From assembly GCA_016618085.1 (NCBI GenBank), contig JABLTG010000017.1:1-64000 (forward strand): 64,000 nt of DNA, written 5' to 3'. This DNA comes from Neovahlkampfia damariscottae. Lineage: Eukaryota. The translations under genes and the position numbers were made by a program. This document shows positions 22,001-34,582 of this stretch, piece after piece (the first letter of the stretch is position 1; every line of letters starts with the position of its first letter). Under the pieces are notes generated by a model. The model was given only the letters and a program-made list of their open reading frames with translations. It made no database searches and was not told where the DNA came from.

Positions 22001-25000
22001 AGCCTTTTTAACTTTCAATATTATCAAAAATGCATGTTTGGATAAGAACAAAAAAATTTTAGATGTTGAACATTTTGCTTCAACAAAAATCAAATCAAAT
22101 GTAATTGTAAGACAAAAAAACAAAAAATTAACACAAAAGCCATTCCAAATTGATAAAATTTATAATCGAGGAAATACTAAAAAAATTGAATTTAAAAAGT
22201 ACTCAAAACAAAATACAGATAAGGAAGATTTGAAAGAAGAAAATGAGCAACTATTCAATAGATTAAACTATCTTGTTTCTCAATTAAATTCATTAGAAAT
22301 TCCATTGAACTTTTTGCCATGGGATAAAAACAAATCAGCCAAGGATGTATTATGCTATGCTAAAGTTTATCATCATGATTCAATTTTATTAACATTTCTT
22401 CCAAAAATGGAAGAGAATTCAATAATTATGTATATTTGTGAGTGTCAACAAAGTAGTTTATCTTCGTTAGATAGTTTGTAAGAACATAAATTTCTTTTAC
22501 TAAAAATTTGATTAGGTCAACAAGTTCCATTCAAGATTCATTGTTCAATAGAAAGAAATCAATGGGAGAAGATTATTTTGATACACTTGAAGAAGGAACA
22601 CTTACTTATATTAATTTCATCAAAGCTTATCATCAATATAGTTATTCTTATGGAGTGTATTCTCTTCTTCAAGGGAAGAAAACTCCAAATTTGGGAATAT
22701 TCAAAAACTCTGTTGAGGCTTGTGTTGAGTACACAATTGAAATTGACTTGAGCGAATTCTTAGAAATCATTTACACAACAAAAGGAACATTTTTTAAGAA
22801 TAGAGGAAAAACTGATAATTCAAGTCCTTATGCAGAAGCCAAACAAAATTTTGATGGAATTTTGAATCGATATTTTAAACTGGTTCCAGGGATTGATTAT
22901 TATTTTGTTTTGAATGAAAAATTATTGTCAAGGGAAAGAAAAGAAAACAATAATGAAGAAAAAGAAAAAGAAAAAGAGAAAAAAATTGATGAAGATTTAA
23001 TGCAAAATTTTTGGGAAATGTCACAAGCATCTTCATTTGAATCTTCAGGAGGTTATCCTGATAAAGACATTTTTAAAGAATTAGAAAATGTTACTTTACC
23101 TTCATTCTTGAGAATGGAATGTGCAATTACTTCAAATGTCAATCCAAATGAACCAGAGATGAAAATTGCAGTGACAAATATTCCAGTTGAAAAATTAATT
23201 AATAGATTTCAAAATCCAGATGATTTTGATGACAGATTGGATACAAGTCCTTTGAGTTCAAAGAGTGTTCAATCTACATCATGGATTGAAACAATCACAA
23301 CAAAACCAAAAACTGTTCTTCGTTTAATTTTCATATCTATGCCTCCTGATGTTTATCCACTTGGTGCTAACAATTTTGTTGCTTCCAAAGATCATTTAGA
23401 ACATTTATCAGAAAAATATGAACCTAATCAATTTGATTATTGTGAAAGTAAATTTATAGATACTTCGGAAGTTCAAAAAGTTGATCCAACTGCATCTTCT
23501 TATTTATCATTAAATTTGCTTCCAACTGGACCAAAAAACATAATGACAAAAATTAAAAAGAAAATTCAAGGATTAATATCAAGAGAAATTATCAATTGTT
23601 TACTTTACACATCCCCAAGCTCATATTCTGTTCAAACAGTGTTGGATCACATTCCAAATCTTTCTCAGAGTCTCTACAAGACATTGTATATTGATTTAAC
23701 ATTCATTGATAAAGATGTTGGTTTAAGATTATTCCAAAAAGAGTTAAAAAAATCAGAAACACCAATCATTAAACAGATTGGATATTATCATATTGTTTAT
23801 TTCAATTATGATGAAAATAAGCAGTATTATGGTTTTTCTGATAAAGACCTTAAAATTAAAGTTCCAAAAGAAGAATGGAAAGATATATTCATCACTAGAC
23901 CATATTGGATTATTATTCAAATTAAAAACACTAGAGCTGAAGTATTATTTTATTGGGTGTATAAAATAACTTTGGAACAACAATCAGAAATTGAAAATCT
24001 AGTAAAAGAAGGAATTAAAAAAGTGAATCAAATTGTCAACAAATTGATTTTATTGAATGATTTAGAAGAAAGTCGTCTTTGCAGTTCATATCTTGTTGGA
24101 CCATCAACCAATTTAGAAAAGTCATCAAAGGATATCAGTTTCTTTGAAAAATCAACAGATATTCAAAATTTATTTTCTGTGAACGAATTTGAATGTGAAA
24201 ATCTTCAAACTATTCGTTTTCAATTACACAAAAGATTGGATTATGAGACAGCTGTTAGAACTTTATGCAGTAGTTTATTCAAACCAAATATCGTTCAAAA
24301 TCGTGAAAATTTTTTTGTCATTAGAGAAAAAGAAGGAGGTGTTTATTACTTTAGAATGAGAAAAACACAAGCATCTAGCCCAAAACCAGGTGCACAAGAA
24401 TTCTCTGTGTCATATCAAGAAGAAACTGATTTAGTTTTGAATTTAGATATTAAATCACAATCTAAAGTATTTCTAGATATAGATTTTTATGGAGTTAGAC
24501 CTCCTTCTTTTGAAATCACAAAACAATTCAAAAATTTAGTTGAAAACAAATTATCCAATGCTACATTGAATATACTTGCAAAAATGTTGAAGGTTAACCC
24601 AGAATGTCAATTAACACCAGATGATCTTGAATTTTTGAGACCATTTTCAAAGAAACCTGAAAGAGCAATTTTGTATCAAATACCAAATCAAGCTTCAAAT
24701 TTATTACTCTTTTTGTTATTGTTGCAACAAAATTTGTTGACCTATTTGAAAAAATTGATTGTTTCTGAAAGAGATGAAGTGATTGAGAAATATGATTTTT
24801 CACCTTCTTCTTTTGCATTCTTGTTTCAAAATGGATTAACTTCAATAACATCATTGCAAAAATTCAACCAAGATAATTCAATAACCAAAGGAATTTCTTG
24901 TATTTATCTTTCTATTGTTGATGAAAAAGGAAAGATTGTTAAAAAATTTGATAATAATGAAAGTGATGAAATTCCTGATGATTCGGTAAAATGGGACTCA

Positions 25001-27634
25001 CTGAAACCTGAAATAGTTGATACAACTGAATTTACTGATTCAGAACATGAAATTGAAGCTGTTCATGGTGATTATTTTATTCAAGCAACCAAACCAAAAA
25101 AAAGATATCGTTTGTTGATTGAAATTTGGACAAAAGGAAGTATTGATCTTGATTCTTTGATTGATAGAATTTCATTATCAACCAATCAATCAGTATTTGA
25201 TTACTATCTTGAAAGAATCATATTCAAACAACAAATATCCATATCAGAAGCCAAAGAACAACTTTTTGTTCCTTTTCAGAATTTGTCTATGCAAGCAAGA
25301 CATTTAAATGTTCCTTCGATTGTTGAAGTCAGAAAAAGAGTTTTCCTTCCAATTTGGTCAATGAAATCATTCATAGAAGATGTCAAAGACAAATTATCAA
25401 GAATATCATTAACAAATATTTACACTAATATTGAAGTTAATTCTCAAAAACCTTATTATTTGACAAAATATGAACCAAAAGTTTTAGATGAAATCATTGG
25501 ATCAAATAATGTTGTCGTTTCATTCATTGGTTGTGAATTTGGTAAAAAAAGTGGAAAATCAGTTTTACCTCGTCAATTAGATTTAATTTACTTGAATCAA
25601 TTGATCAGTAAAAGAAGATATTCCATTGCAATCAATATATCAAATTCTGAGTTTTCAATCATTGGATACAATATCAAAAGTAGCATCATTGAAAAATTAT
25701 CTGTAGATTTTCTCAAATTAATCTCTTTGAACAAATGTCGAGTGTTTTTATTGAATTCAATTTTACATCAAAAAATGGGATTATTTTTTCATTCAGCATC
25801 TGAAAATTTGGCTTCTTCTGATAAGAAAACAAACTCTCAAGATGATTTGAAATTGACAATGAACAATATTGATATTTTGATAAATTCATCAACAGGAGCA
25901 TCTACAAGTTCAAGTGCTGTTAAATTCAATCAAAATTCAAATTTATATGATTCAAAAATTAATATGAATTTAACTAACATTGATTTTAATATTTTACTCA
26001 AAGGAGTTTATTACAAAAATGATGATCCTGGAATCACTCAAGGAATAGATCCTTTAAAATATCATGGAAAAGACTTTAAAAACATGGTTACTTTAAAAAA
26101 ACAAGAAATTCAAAAACAAAACGAAATTTCATCGATTTATACAGTTCTCAATCGTTTAAGGGATTCTGCATTGATGTATTCAAATTCACTTCATGTATCA
26201 GATTTCAAATTGATTCTTGGAAATTCAAGACTCTTTCATTATTGTAGAAGTCCTATATTTTTTCACACTTATGATGAAAATTCATTGCCTTTAATGATTG
26301 CACCTTTCAAATCCAAAAATCAAAAAGAAATTATGTTGTTTAAAAAAATTTTGGAAACATTTCTTGAAGAATATGTTAAATATTTAGAAACTATGGATGT
26401 TGTTGTATTGGCTTTAATTGATGGATCAAAAGAATCAAAAATATCAAGTGAAGAAATTATCACTTCACATACAACAATTTATCTTCAAAAAATTATGCAT
26501 GGAGGTGTACTCATTTTTGAATTAGGTTTTGATTCAATTTTTGCATTTTTAGATTTATATGTATCTGATGGAAAATCCAATAAAAAGAAAAATCTGATCT
26601 CCAAAGAATTTTCGAATCGAAGATTATTTCTTCAATCAGTGACAGAATTGAAAAATTCACTTCACATGAATTCATTTTTACATGATTTTCATTTAAAATA
26701 TTTTGTTGATTTTCTTCAAAATGTTCAAATAGAATTTCCAAATTTTGAAATTCTCAATTTGTTAAATAATTTTCATCAATACTACGAAACACCACCTCAT
26801 TACTCAAAAGGCACTTTATACAAGCATCAATTTAATGAATCAAATATCAAAGAATTACTTGGTGATATTTGTTTGAAGAGTATTTTCAATCATATTTGTC
26901 AATTCAATGAAGTTTTTGAATGTGAAAATTTGAATATTAGAAATGTTTCACAAGTGATTGTTTTGAATGAAAATTCAATTTTATCAAAAGAAGAGATAGA
27001 AAATAACTTCAAAATATCATCCATAATCTTTTTGGATGATAACGAAAATATCAACTTTTTCACTGTTTATGCATCAATGAATACTATCTATCCAGAATTA
27101 AACAAACTACCAATCAAAAATAGAATTGAAAATATTGAAAAATTGGCAACTTTGAATGAAAAGAAATTGAAGAGTATTTTAATAGCTTCTATTGAAAGTT
27201 ACAAAATCCACTCTTTGTGGAATGAATGCCAAAATTTCAAAATATCTTATTCAAATTTTCAATTAGTTTTAGAAACAGTTCATAAAAAATCATTAGAAAA
27301 ATTTGATGAATCATTGAAAGATTTAATGAATTCAGATCAATTCCCTTGGAAAAATATTTTGAATCAATTAAAGGAAATTTATGGATCTGAGAAATCAGGT
27401 GTTATTCAATCAGAGGAGGATTCAAAAATCATTCATTTTTTAATCACCTTCAAACAACAAGAAATGATCAACATTCAATACAATATTGAGTTAAACATTG
27501 TAGAGATATACTATTTGAAGAAAGATTCAACTAATGTTTCAAAAGATGACTGTGAATTTATTTCAACTTTTATAAACAACATCTTGCAAATTTTATGGAG
27601 AATTCTAATGTCAGATGCTAAAAAATTTTATTAA
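19002..27634 (+). CDS. SZT2: SZT2-like KICSTOR scaffold protein (~2800 aa), multi-exon
   Basis: Consecutive ORFs joined by ~30-40 nt introns. N-terminal LFSKYNVVVSVDVSPSMSVVD and vWA-like LVLITDG, repeated RxxEGF, LHQKMGLF, and size all fit SZT2. Confidence 0.72.
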
Positions 27635-28467
27635 ACTTGTTTTAATGCTTCAATGATTTCATCAATAGTCATTCTTTCTTTTGGATTTTTGACCAATGAT
27701 TTGCACACAATTCCAGCCAATACTTTATCTTCATCTTTCAAACTTTCTTCTATTTTATCGGTTGAATTAAAGACATAACTGGAAACTGATGTTGTCCATT
27801 TTAAAAATTGATATAAAATCACACCAACTGACCATACATCAGATACTGGTTCAACTTTCCCATGAGTTATCACTTCAGGAGCTACATGTGGAGAATCACT
27901 TCCTACCTATTAAATCTGTGATTAATTTTTTTTTTTTTTTTACATTGTCTTCACAAAATTTTTCCAAAGCTATTCCTATACCTGTAATTTTAACAATATG
28001 ATTATCATCCATCACTAAATCACTTAATTTTAATTTTCCATGAACAATTTCTCTTTCATGTAAAAATTTCAATCCAAGACAAATTTGTTTTGTAAAAGAG
28101 CGAGTTATATTAATTTTTTCTTCTTTATTAGGTGTCTTTTTTGATATATAATCACGTAAATTTCCACCAGTACAAAGTTCCATAATGATGTTGAAATTCA
28201 TAGATTTTGATTGCATAGAAGGTTCTTCAAAGAAATCTATCACATCAACCACATTATGATGGTCAGATTCTTTCAATTTTTGTAACTTTTTTTTTAGTTT
28301 ATATTTTTGTTGTGTTTTACTTGTTCTCTAACATGTTTAATTTGTTTTGGGTCATCAATTGACATTATTTTGATACAAACATTTTTGTTTGTAGTTTGAT
28401 TGACACCAAGGTAAACATGTCCAGAGTAACCTTTGGCTAATGGTTCACCAACTTTGTAGTCTTGCAT
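27631..28467 (-). CDS. Protein kinase-fold protein, probably a pseudokinase, 3 exons
   Basis: LAKGYSGHVYLG, VCIK, IIMELCTGGNL, APE, SDVWSVGVILY are present, but HRD is HGK and DFG is GIG. Confidence 0.85.
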
Positions 28468-28605
28468 TTGGAAATTTTTTATGAGTTTTGAAATGATTGG
28501 TTCATTTTCCGCAATTTAATTGAAGTTGAATTTCATGAGAAATAAATAGTTTAATGAGTATTTTTTTTGTTTTTGCAATTCCGGTCGCTTCCGCCAATCA
28601 TAATC

Positions 28606-30218
28606 ATGTTTAAAAAGTTGTTCAACAAACAAAGACAATTTCTACCAAAGAGATCCATCAAACAATACAGCAAGGAATATAAATCAGCAGATGAATCATC
28701 TAAACCAATATACAGGAATGAACTTGGCTGGAAGGACAAAAAGTTTTATGATGAAAAAAATTTAGATCAAGAATTGCGCCGAGTATTTGAAGTTTGTCAT
28801 GGATGCAGAAGATGTTTTAATTTATGTAATTCCTTTCCAAAACTATTTCAAATGGTTGATGAATCTGATTCAGGAGAAATAGATTCAGTTAACAGTTCGG
28901 AGTTTAAAAAAGTTGCTGATGAATGCACCATGTGTGATATGTGTTTCAACAACAAAGTAATTTTGATTTTGTATTAAGATTTTTAGTGTCCATATGTACC
29001 TCCTCATCCATTCAATATTGATTTTCCTCATTTAATGTTGAGATACAAGGCTCTGGGTTTTTTCACAAAATCTTTTTTTTAACCTTTGCTCTTAGAAAAC
29101 AAAAAGAAAAATGAAGTTTTTGTTGAAGAAGAATCATCTGGTATTATAGATAAAATAACTGGTTACACTGATGAATCGGTTGCAACTCCGGTTCATATTG
29201 AAAAAACAACAAAAACAGAATTAACATTACAAAAACCAAGTTTGATTTTTTTTTTTATTAAAAATTAGGTTTTTTTGAAGAACAAATAACCAAAACAGAT
29301 AGAAATGGTAAATTAGCAACTATTTTACCATTTCTTTCAAATTATTTGATATCCAATCGCTTGGTCAGAAAAGTTCTATCCACTTTTGGAATTCATGAAG
29401 AAGCTCATATTCCAACCTATTCAAAACCTAATTCAAATGATAAAATCATTAAAAATGAACCAAGAAAGCTTGAAAATAGAAAAGTGCTTTTGTATTCAAC
29501 ATGTTTAGGAAATTACAACTCACCTGATATTTTAAGCTCATCAAAGAAAATTTTAGAAATTCAAGGATGTGAAGTTATTGTTGATTATTCAATGTGTTGT
29601 GGAATGCCACAACTTGAACAAGGTGATTTAGCATCAGTATCAAAATCAGCAAAAGAAATTTCAACATTTCTTAAAAAGTACATTGATCAAGGATTCACCA
29701 TTTTAACATTTGTTCCATCTTGTTCTTTGATGTTTAAAAATGAATGGCCTTTGATTCTACCAAAAGATGAAAATGTGAAATTGCTCAGTAAACACACAAA
29801 AGATATTTGTGAGTATATATGTGATATTGCAAAGAAAGAAGGACTTGCAGAAGGTTTATCCAAAATTTCTTATCCTATAACATTACATCATTCATGTCAT
29901 GCACGTGCATTAAATGTTGGCAACAAAGCAAATGAATTATTGAAGCATATACCCGAAGTAAAAATTGAAGTTATTGAAAGATGTTCTGGACATGGAGGAA
30001 GTTGGGGTGTGAAACATTTTGAAACTGCTTTAAAAGTTGGAAAAGCAGTTTCTCGAAATTTATCAGAAAAAGACACTTCAAATATTTTGTCTTCTGAATG
30101 TCCATTGGCAGCGTCACATGTAACTCAAGGTGCTTCTATTTTGGTAAATAAAGAAAAACAATGGGTCAGTAAACATCCAGTCGAAATATTCGCTGAAGCT
30201 TATGGAATCGGAAAATAA
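28606..30218 (+). CDS. GlpC/HdrD-like Fe-S oxidoreductase (4Fe-4S dicluster plus two CCG domains) with putative mitochondrial presequence
   Basis: CHGCRRCFNLC, CTMCDMC..KCPY, CCGMP, HSCH, RCSGHGG, SECP. Basic, acid-free N-terminus MFKKLFNKQRQFLPKRSIKQYS. Three introns. Confidence 0.85.
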
Positions 30219-30296
30219 ATTTTTTGTTTCTTATTGGTTAATTTTTCGGAGATGTTAAAAGATCAATTTCAATTTTGAATGAAAATATAAATTTAT

Positions 30297-30755
30297 TTAT
30301 CTTCCTGTTTTTCCTTGGAGTAACTTGAAGTCTTCTGTGGTTACTGAAAGGTCCATATTTAACACAAGTAATGATTTGGTCAACCATTTTTCCAATTCTT
30401 CCAACGTTATATAATGCACATACAAATTCAACTTTTCATAAATTTCTATCAATGTATACTCTTCTTCATTCATGGATTGAAAAAGAGATAAATACATGCA
30501 GGCAACAAAAATACATTTGAACTTCTTGTCACATATTTTATCGTTCAGTATTTGTAGTATTTTGGTGAAGTAAACGAAAGCGGTTTCAATGATGGTAGTA
30601 TTAACAAATTTTGATTCTAAAGCGGTTTTGAATAGATAGATAGTTCTTTGCATCAGTTTTTTCTCCGTGATGTGGCTTTTTCCTAAGTATGAGTGTTCAT
30701 GGAATAATGTCGAGAGATAGTTAATTTGTGTGTTGGTTGTATCTGTACCCTCCAT
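30297..30755 (-). CDS. Small cyclin-fold-like protein
   Basis: IETAFVYFTKI, IFVACMYLS and LEKWLTKSLLVLNMDL resemble a cyclin box. Confidence 0.5.
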   Translation of the reverse strand: MEGTDTTNTQINYLSTLFHEHSYLGKSHITEKKLMQRTIYLFKTALESKFVNTTIIETAFVYFTKILQILNDKICDKKFKCIFVACMYLSLFQSMNEEEYTLIEIYEKLNLYVHYITLEELEKWLTKSLLVLNMDLSVTTEDFKLLQGKTGR

Positions 30756-31781
30756 TTGGTTTGGTGTTTTACTCCGATTGGTCAGTATCTCTGCTTTATG
30801 AAGGAAATTGAATTTCCTGATTTGAATATGCTATCTAAATTTGGTAAATTAGAATTCTTGGGGTTTCATTTCTCCAATTTTATCAATCATCCGGAAACAA
30901 TTCAACCGAAAAAGGATTTTTTTTTATCAATTCTTTTTTTTCAATCAACAAATCAAGTTCAACTATTCTGAAGTTTGTTTGAGTTGTGAGTTCACTGCTT
31001 TTCAACTTCCTGTTGTTAATTCAAATTCCTTTTTGACGACGATTCAGCATTAGTTGGTTTGATAATCCTTTCATGAGAAAGAAGAAAATTTTTTGGTCAA
31101 GATGTTAGAACCAAGAAAATTTTGGTGTTTGAATTCTGATTCATCACTTCATTTAAAAGCGGTTGAAAAAACTATAAACCTTTTTTTTTTTTTTGCATGT
31201 CAATTATTATACATTAACAAAGCTAAAAAAACACCCACAAAGACGAACTTTCAGTGTCATTGACAGAAAAAACAGCTTCAATGAAAAATTACTAGTTTTT
31301 GAAAATTCGTTAAACCAGTACCGGTGAATTCCGAACTTCAACTTGTTAATTCGGATCGAATAACAATATTCAGAAAATTTACAATCCCCATAGATTCAGA
31401 TTTCAAGATTAAACACGAATTTTGTTGAAGAATCATTTGTTTGCCTTCCTCAAAAAAGGCATTGTTTGGAAATATGCATTGATTCGTTTATGGAAGAAAT
31501 GAATTATGGAGTTTGCAACAAATTTCGAAATCTCCAAATTTGGAGAAATTCTGGTAGTCCAATGAAATCTTTAAAGAAAATTATCCAATTTAAGAAGTGA
31601 TACATTACATTTTTGGACACTCAAATTGTTTGCAGATGCTATTATTATTGTATTTTACGTCATTTGGTTCATTTTTAATATAATGTAACTACAAAAAAGA
31701 AATTTGCCCAATCATGATAATCTGGAAGAAAATTGTAGCCAATCACAAAAAAACCAGTTGACTCAAACTGATAACAAAGCA

Positions 31782-34142
31782 ATGTCAAAGTATTCCTTCA
31801 CCAAATTAATCAATATCACTGAAACTTATGAGTTACTTGCTGAATTCCTAGAAACCAATCATGGACTTGAGATGTTGAACTTTGTGGAACAAATTCACGA
31901 CTTCAACTTACTAATTTCTCACCGAGCAAAACTTACTAGAGCTAAAACTATCTTTGAAACATTCTTAAAAGAAGGATCCAGACAAGAGATTAACATTGAC
32001 TTTGAAGTTCGGAAAAACACAAAAACAGCCTTTGACGACGCTATTTCTGACAAGGCACCTGTAGATGAAGTGTTCCGTGAAGCTTATAAAGCTATATGTT
32101 GGGATTTAATGCTTGATGTATTTCCTAGATTCATTATTGACAAGAAAACCGTTAATTATTTCACTCAAAAAAGACTTCAAATTTCACCAGAAAAGTTTGC
32201 TCAAGATTATTGTTTATCAGAAGAAGAAGCACAAGATTTTATCAAAGAAATTGACAATTACAAAGCGAAACACCAAAAAAGTGTGAAAATCAATGTTGAT
32301 GATATATTCGAAAAACATGATGCTATGGAATTATTATCTGTAAAAATTGACTTCAAAAATGAAGAATTAGATGAAATATATGCTTCTGAAGAATTGAAAC
32401 CTTTTGGTTCCAAGGTTATTGTGAATAAAATGATTGTTGATATGATGAAACCATTCACCGGAGTTCAATTATCCGAAAAACCAAAAGAAAAATCAAAAGG
32501 ATCAAGTTTCTTCAGCATCTTTGTTGGAAAGAAAACTGAAGAAAAGAGACTCACTCAGCAAAAATTGTTCAATTTAGAAAATTTCCGTACTTGGATTATA
32601 CATTATTACAAAATGAAAATTGAAGAAATAACTATCGAAAAGATATTAGAACTACTTTTAAAATACAAATGTATTGACCAATTGAAAAGTGAAACTGGTG
32701 CAAAAATTGATGGATATTTCAAAATTCTTCTCAAAAAAAAAGTGGTCATTGTTGGATGCGGAATTGGAGGAATGATTCTTGCAAAGAATTTACGTGATGA
32801 CTTTGATGTTACTTGTATTGATAGATGTGATAAATTCAAATTTAATGCTTCTTTTTATAAATTATTCTCAGATCCATCTCACATCAAAGAAGTTGAATTT
32901 GATCAAAAAAATGTAATTTGTAAAGGATGTAATTTCATTTCAGCTCAAGTTCGTGCAGTTTCACCTTCAGCTGTTTATTTAATGGATAAAGTTATTCCAT
33001 TTGATTATTTATATGTCTCCACTGGAAGTTCTTACTACATTCCTTTTGATGTCAATTTACAACCATTTGCTCCAAGATTCAATAGAGATATTTTTGAGTT
33101 CAATGAACAAACCAAACAAAAACAAATCAAAGTATTAACTCCTTATGATCCTGCACTTGCTATTTCTCATTATGCTGATTTAAGAGAAGCAAAACATGTC
33201 ATTGTTGCTGGATCAGGACCTGTTGGAATTGAAATATTTGGTGAAATTGCGCATCATTATCCAAATACAAAAGTTACAGTCTTGACTCAAAGTGGAGCTA
33301 TTATGGACAGACAATCAACAAAAGCTCATAAAGCTGCAATGAAAATCATCAAAAGTATGAAAAACTTAGAAATTGTTTTCAACGCAAGTATCACTAAAAT
33401 TGAAGGAACTGCAGTATACTATAGAAACAAAACAACTGAAGAAAAGAAGAAAAATATTGAAAGAAAATTGGATGCAGATATTGCAATTTTGTGCTTAGGT
33501 CTTCGTCCAAATACAAGAATTTTCAAAAACTTCATGTCTGATTCTTTAAGTCCTCTTGGATTCGTCAAAGTCAATGATTACCTTGAAGTTCAGTATGGAG
33601 AAAATTATTTGGGTGATAAAAAGTTGATGGAAGTATTGCTACAAGAACACAAAAAACAACAAGAAGATTATTTAAAACAATGCGAAGCAACTTCACCTGA
33701 TGATATTGAAGATGATCTTAGTCTTGAAGAGTCTCCTGAAATCCATGATAGAAAAGCACTTTCTCGAGAATTGAGTGAATTGTACCTCACAGAATCCACA
33801 TCAGATGAAAATGCAACAGATGAAGTGAAACCTGGATATCCCAATATATACGCTATTGGTGATATCATTGATTCAGGTGATGAAAAATTGGCACAATTTG
33901 CAAGAACACAAGCACTTTGTTGTGTTGATAACTTATTTAAAAAGGAATTTTCTTTGACCAGATCTGAGTTTTTGAAAAATAGAAAACGACATCAATCAGG
34001 GAAAACAGTTGTTCAAATTATTAATATCGGTCCAAAAGGTTTGGTGATGAAAGGAAAGAAATTATATACTCATGGTGGATTAGCAAAAAGTCTGAAAGAT
34101 GCACATGAATATCAATTTGCAAATGTAATCATTCCTTCTTAA
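31782..34142 (+). CDS. RGS domain + DEP-like region + FAD/NAD(P)H oxidoreductase (AIFM2/FSP1-like) fusion, intronless
   Basis: RGS motifs EMLNF, FLKEGSRQEINID, DVFPRF; oxidoreductase motifs VVIVGCGIGG, FDYLYVSTGS, VAGSGPVGIEIFGEI, NIYAIGD. Confidence 0.85.
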   Translation: MSKYSFTKLINITETYELLAEFLETNHGLEMLNFVEQIHDFNLLISHRAKLTRAKTIFETFLKEGSRQEINIDFEVRKNTKTAFDDAISDKAPVDEVFREAYKAICWDLMLDVFPRFIIDKKTVNYFTQKRLQISPEKFAQDYCLSEEEAQDFIKEIDNYKAKHQKSVKINVDDIFEKHDAMELLSVKIDFKNEELDEIYASEELKPFGSKVIVNKMIVDMMKPFTGVQLSEKPKEKSKGSSFFSIFVGKKTEEKRLTQQKLFNLENFRTWIIHYYKMKIEEITIEKILELLLKYKCIDQLKSETGAKIDGYFKILLKKKVVIVGCGIGGMILAKNLRDDFDVTCIDRCDKFKFNASFYKLFSDPSHIKEVEFDQKNVICKGCNFISAQVRAVSPSAVYLMDKVIPFDYLYVSTGSSYYIPFDVNLQPFAPRFNRDIFEFNEQTKQKQIKVLTPYDPALAISHYADLREAKHVIVAGSGPVGIEIFGEIAHHYPNTKVTVLTQSGAIMDRQSTKAHKAAMKIIKSMKNLEIVFNASITKIEGTAVYYRNKTTEEKKKNIERKLDADIAILCLGLRPNTRIFKNFMSDSLSPLGFVKVNDYLEVQYGENYLGDKKLMEVLLQEHKKQQEDYLKQCEATSPDDIEDDLSLEESPEIHDRKALSRELSELYLTESTSDENATDEVKPGYPNIYAIGDIIDSGDEKLAQFARTQALCCVDNLFKKEFSLTRSEFLKNRKRHQSGKTVVQIINIGPKGLVMKGKKLYTHGGLAKSLKDAHEYQFANVIIPS

Positions 34143-34263
34143 AAATAAAAGTATTAAAGATTCTACCTTCTCAAATTGTGTTCGAACATTTTGCAAATTT
34201 TTTCAGTTCATTTGAACTGATTATTTCAACAAATGAAAAATACTGTAGAGTAAACAAATCTAA

Positions 34264-34420
34264 TTGTCCGATGGTATTACTGTTTTATCAGTTTTTTACG
34301 CTGCTTTTGGAGTTACATTTGCCATTTATGGATGTTGTTGCTTGATTTCATTTTTTGGAGCTATTTTGACATTTTTTGGTGAATTGCTTTTTTTGACAAA
34401 GCACATAGTGAAAATTAAAT
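34264..34420 (+). pseudogene. Relic paralogous copy of the last exon of the downstream membrane protein gene
   Basis: SDGITVLSVFYAAFGVTFAIYGCCCLISFFG matches SDRIIVLSVFYAACGISCLIYGICFLISLVG at ~35462-35555. Confidence 0.7.
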
Positions 34421-34582
34421 ATTCAACATTGAAGAAAACCAAACTTTCTTGGTTTTTCTGTGGTGTCTGGAATTAATTCATGATTATCTTTTTTTTATTC
34501 AACTACTTTTAAAAATAAAGACAAGAATATTGATTCATTTCAACGACTAGTTGTTAATTTTTTCAACCAATCATTTTGTTGT

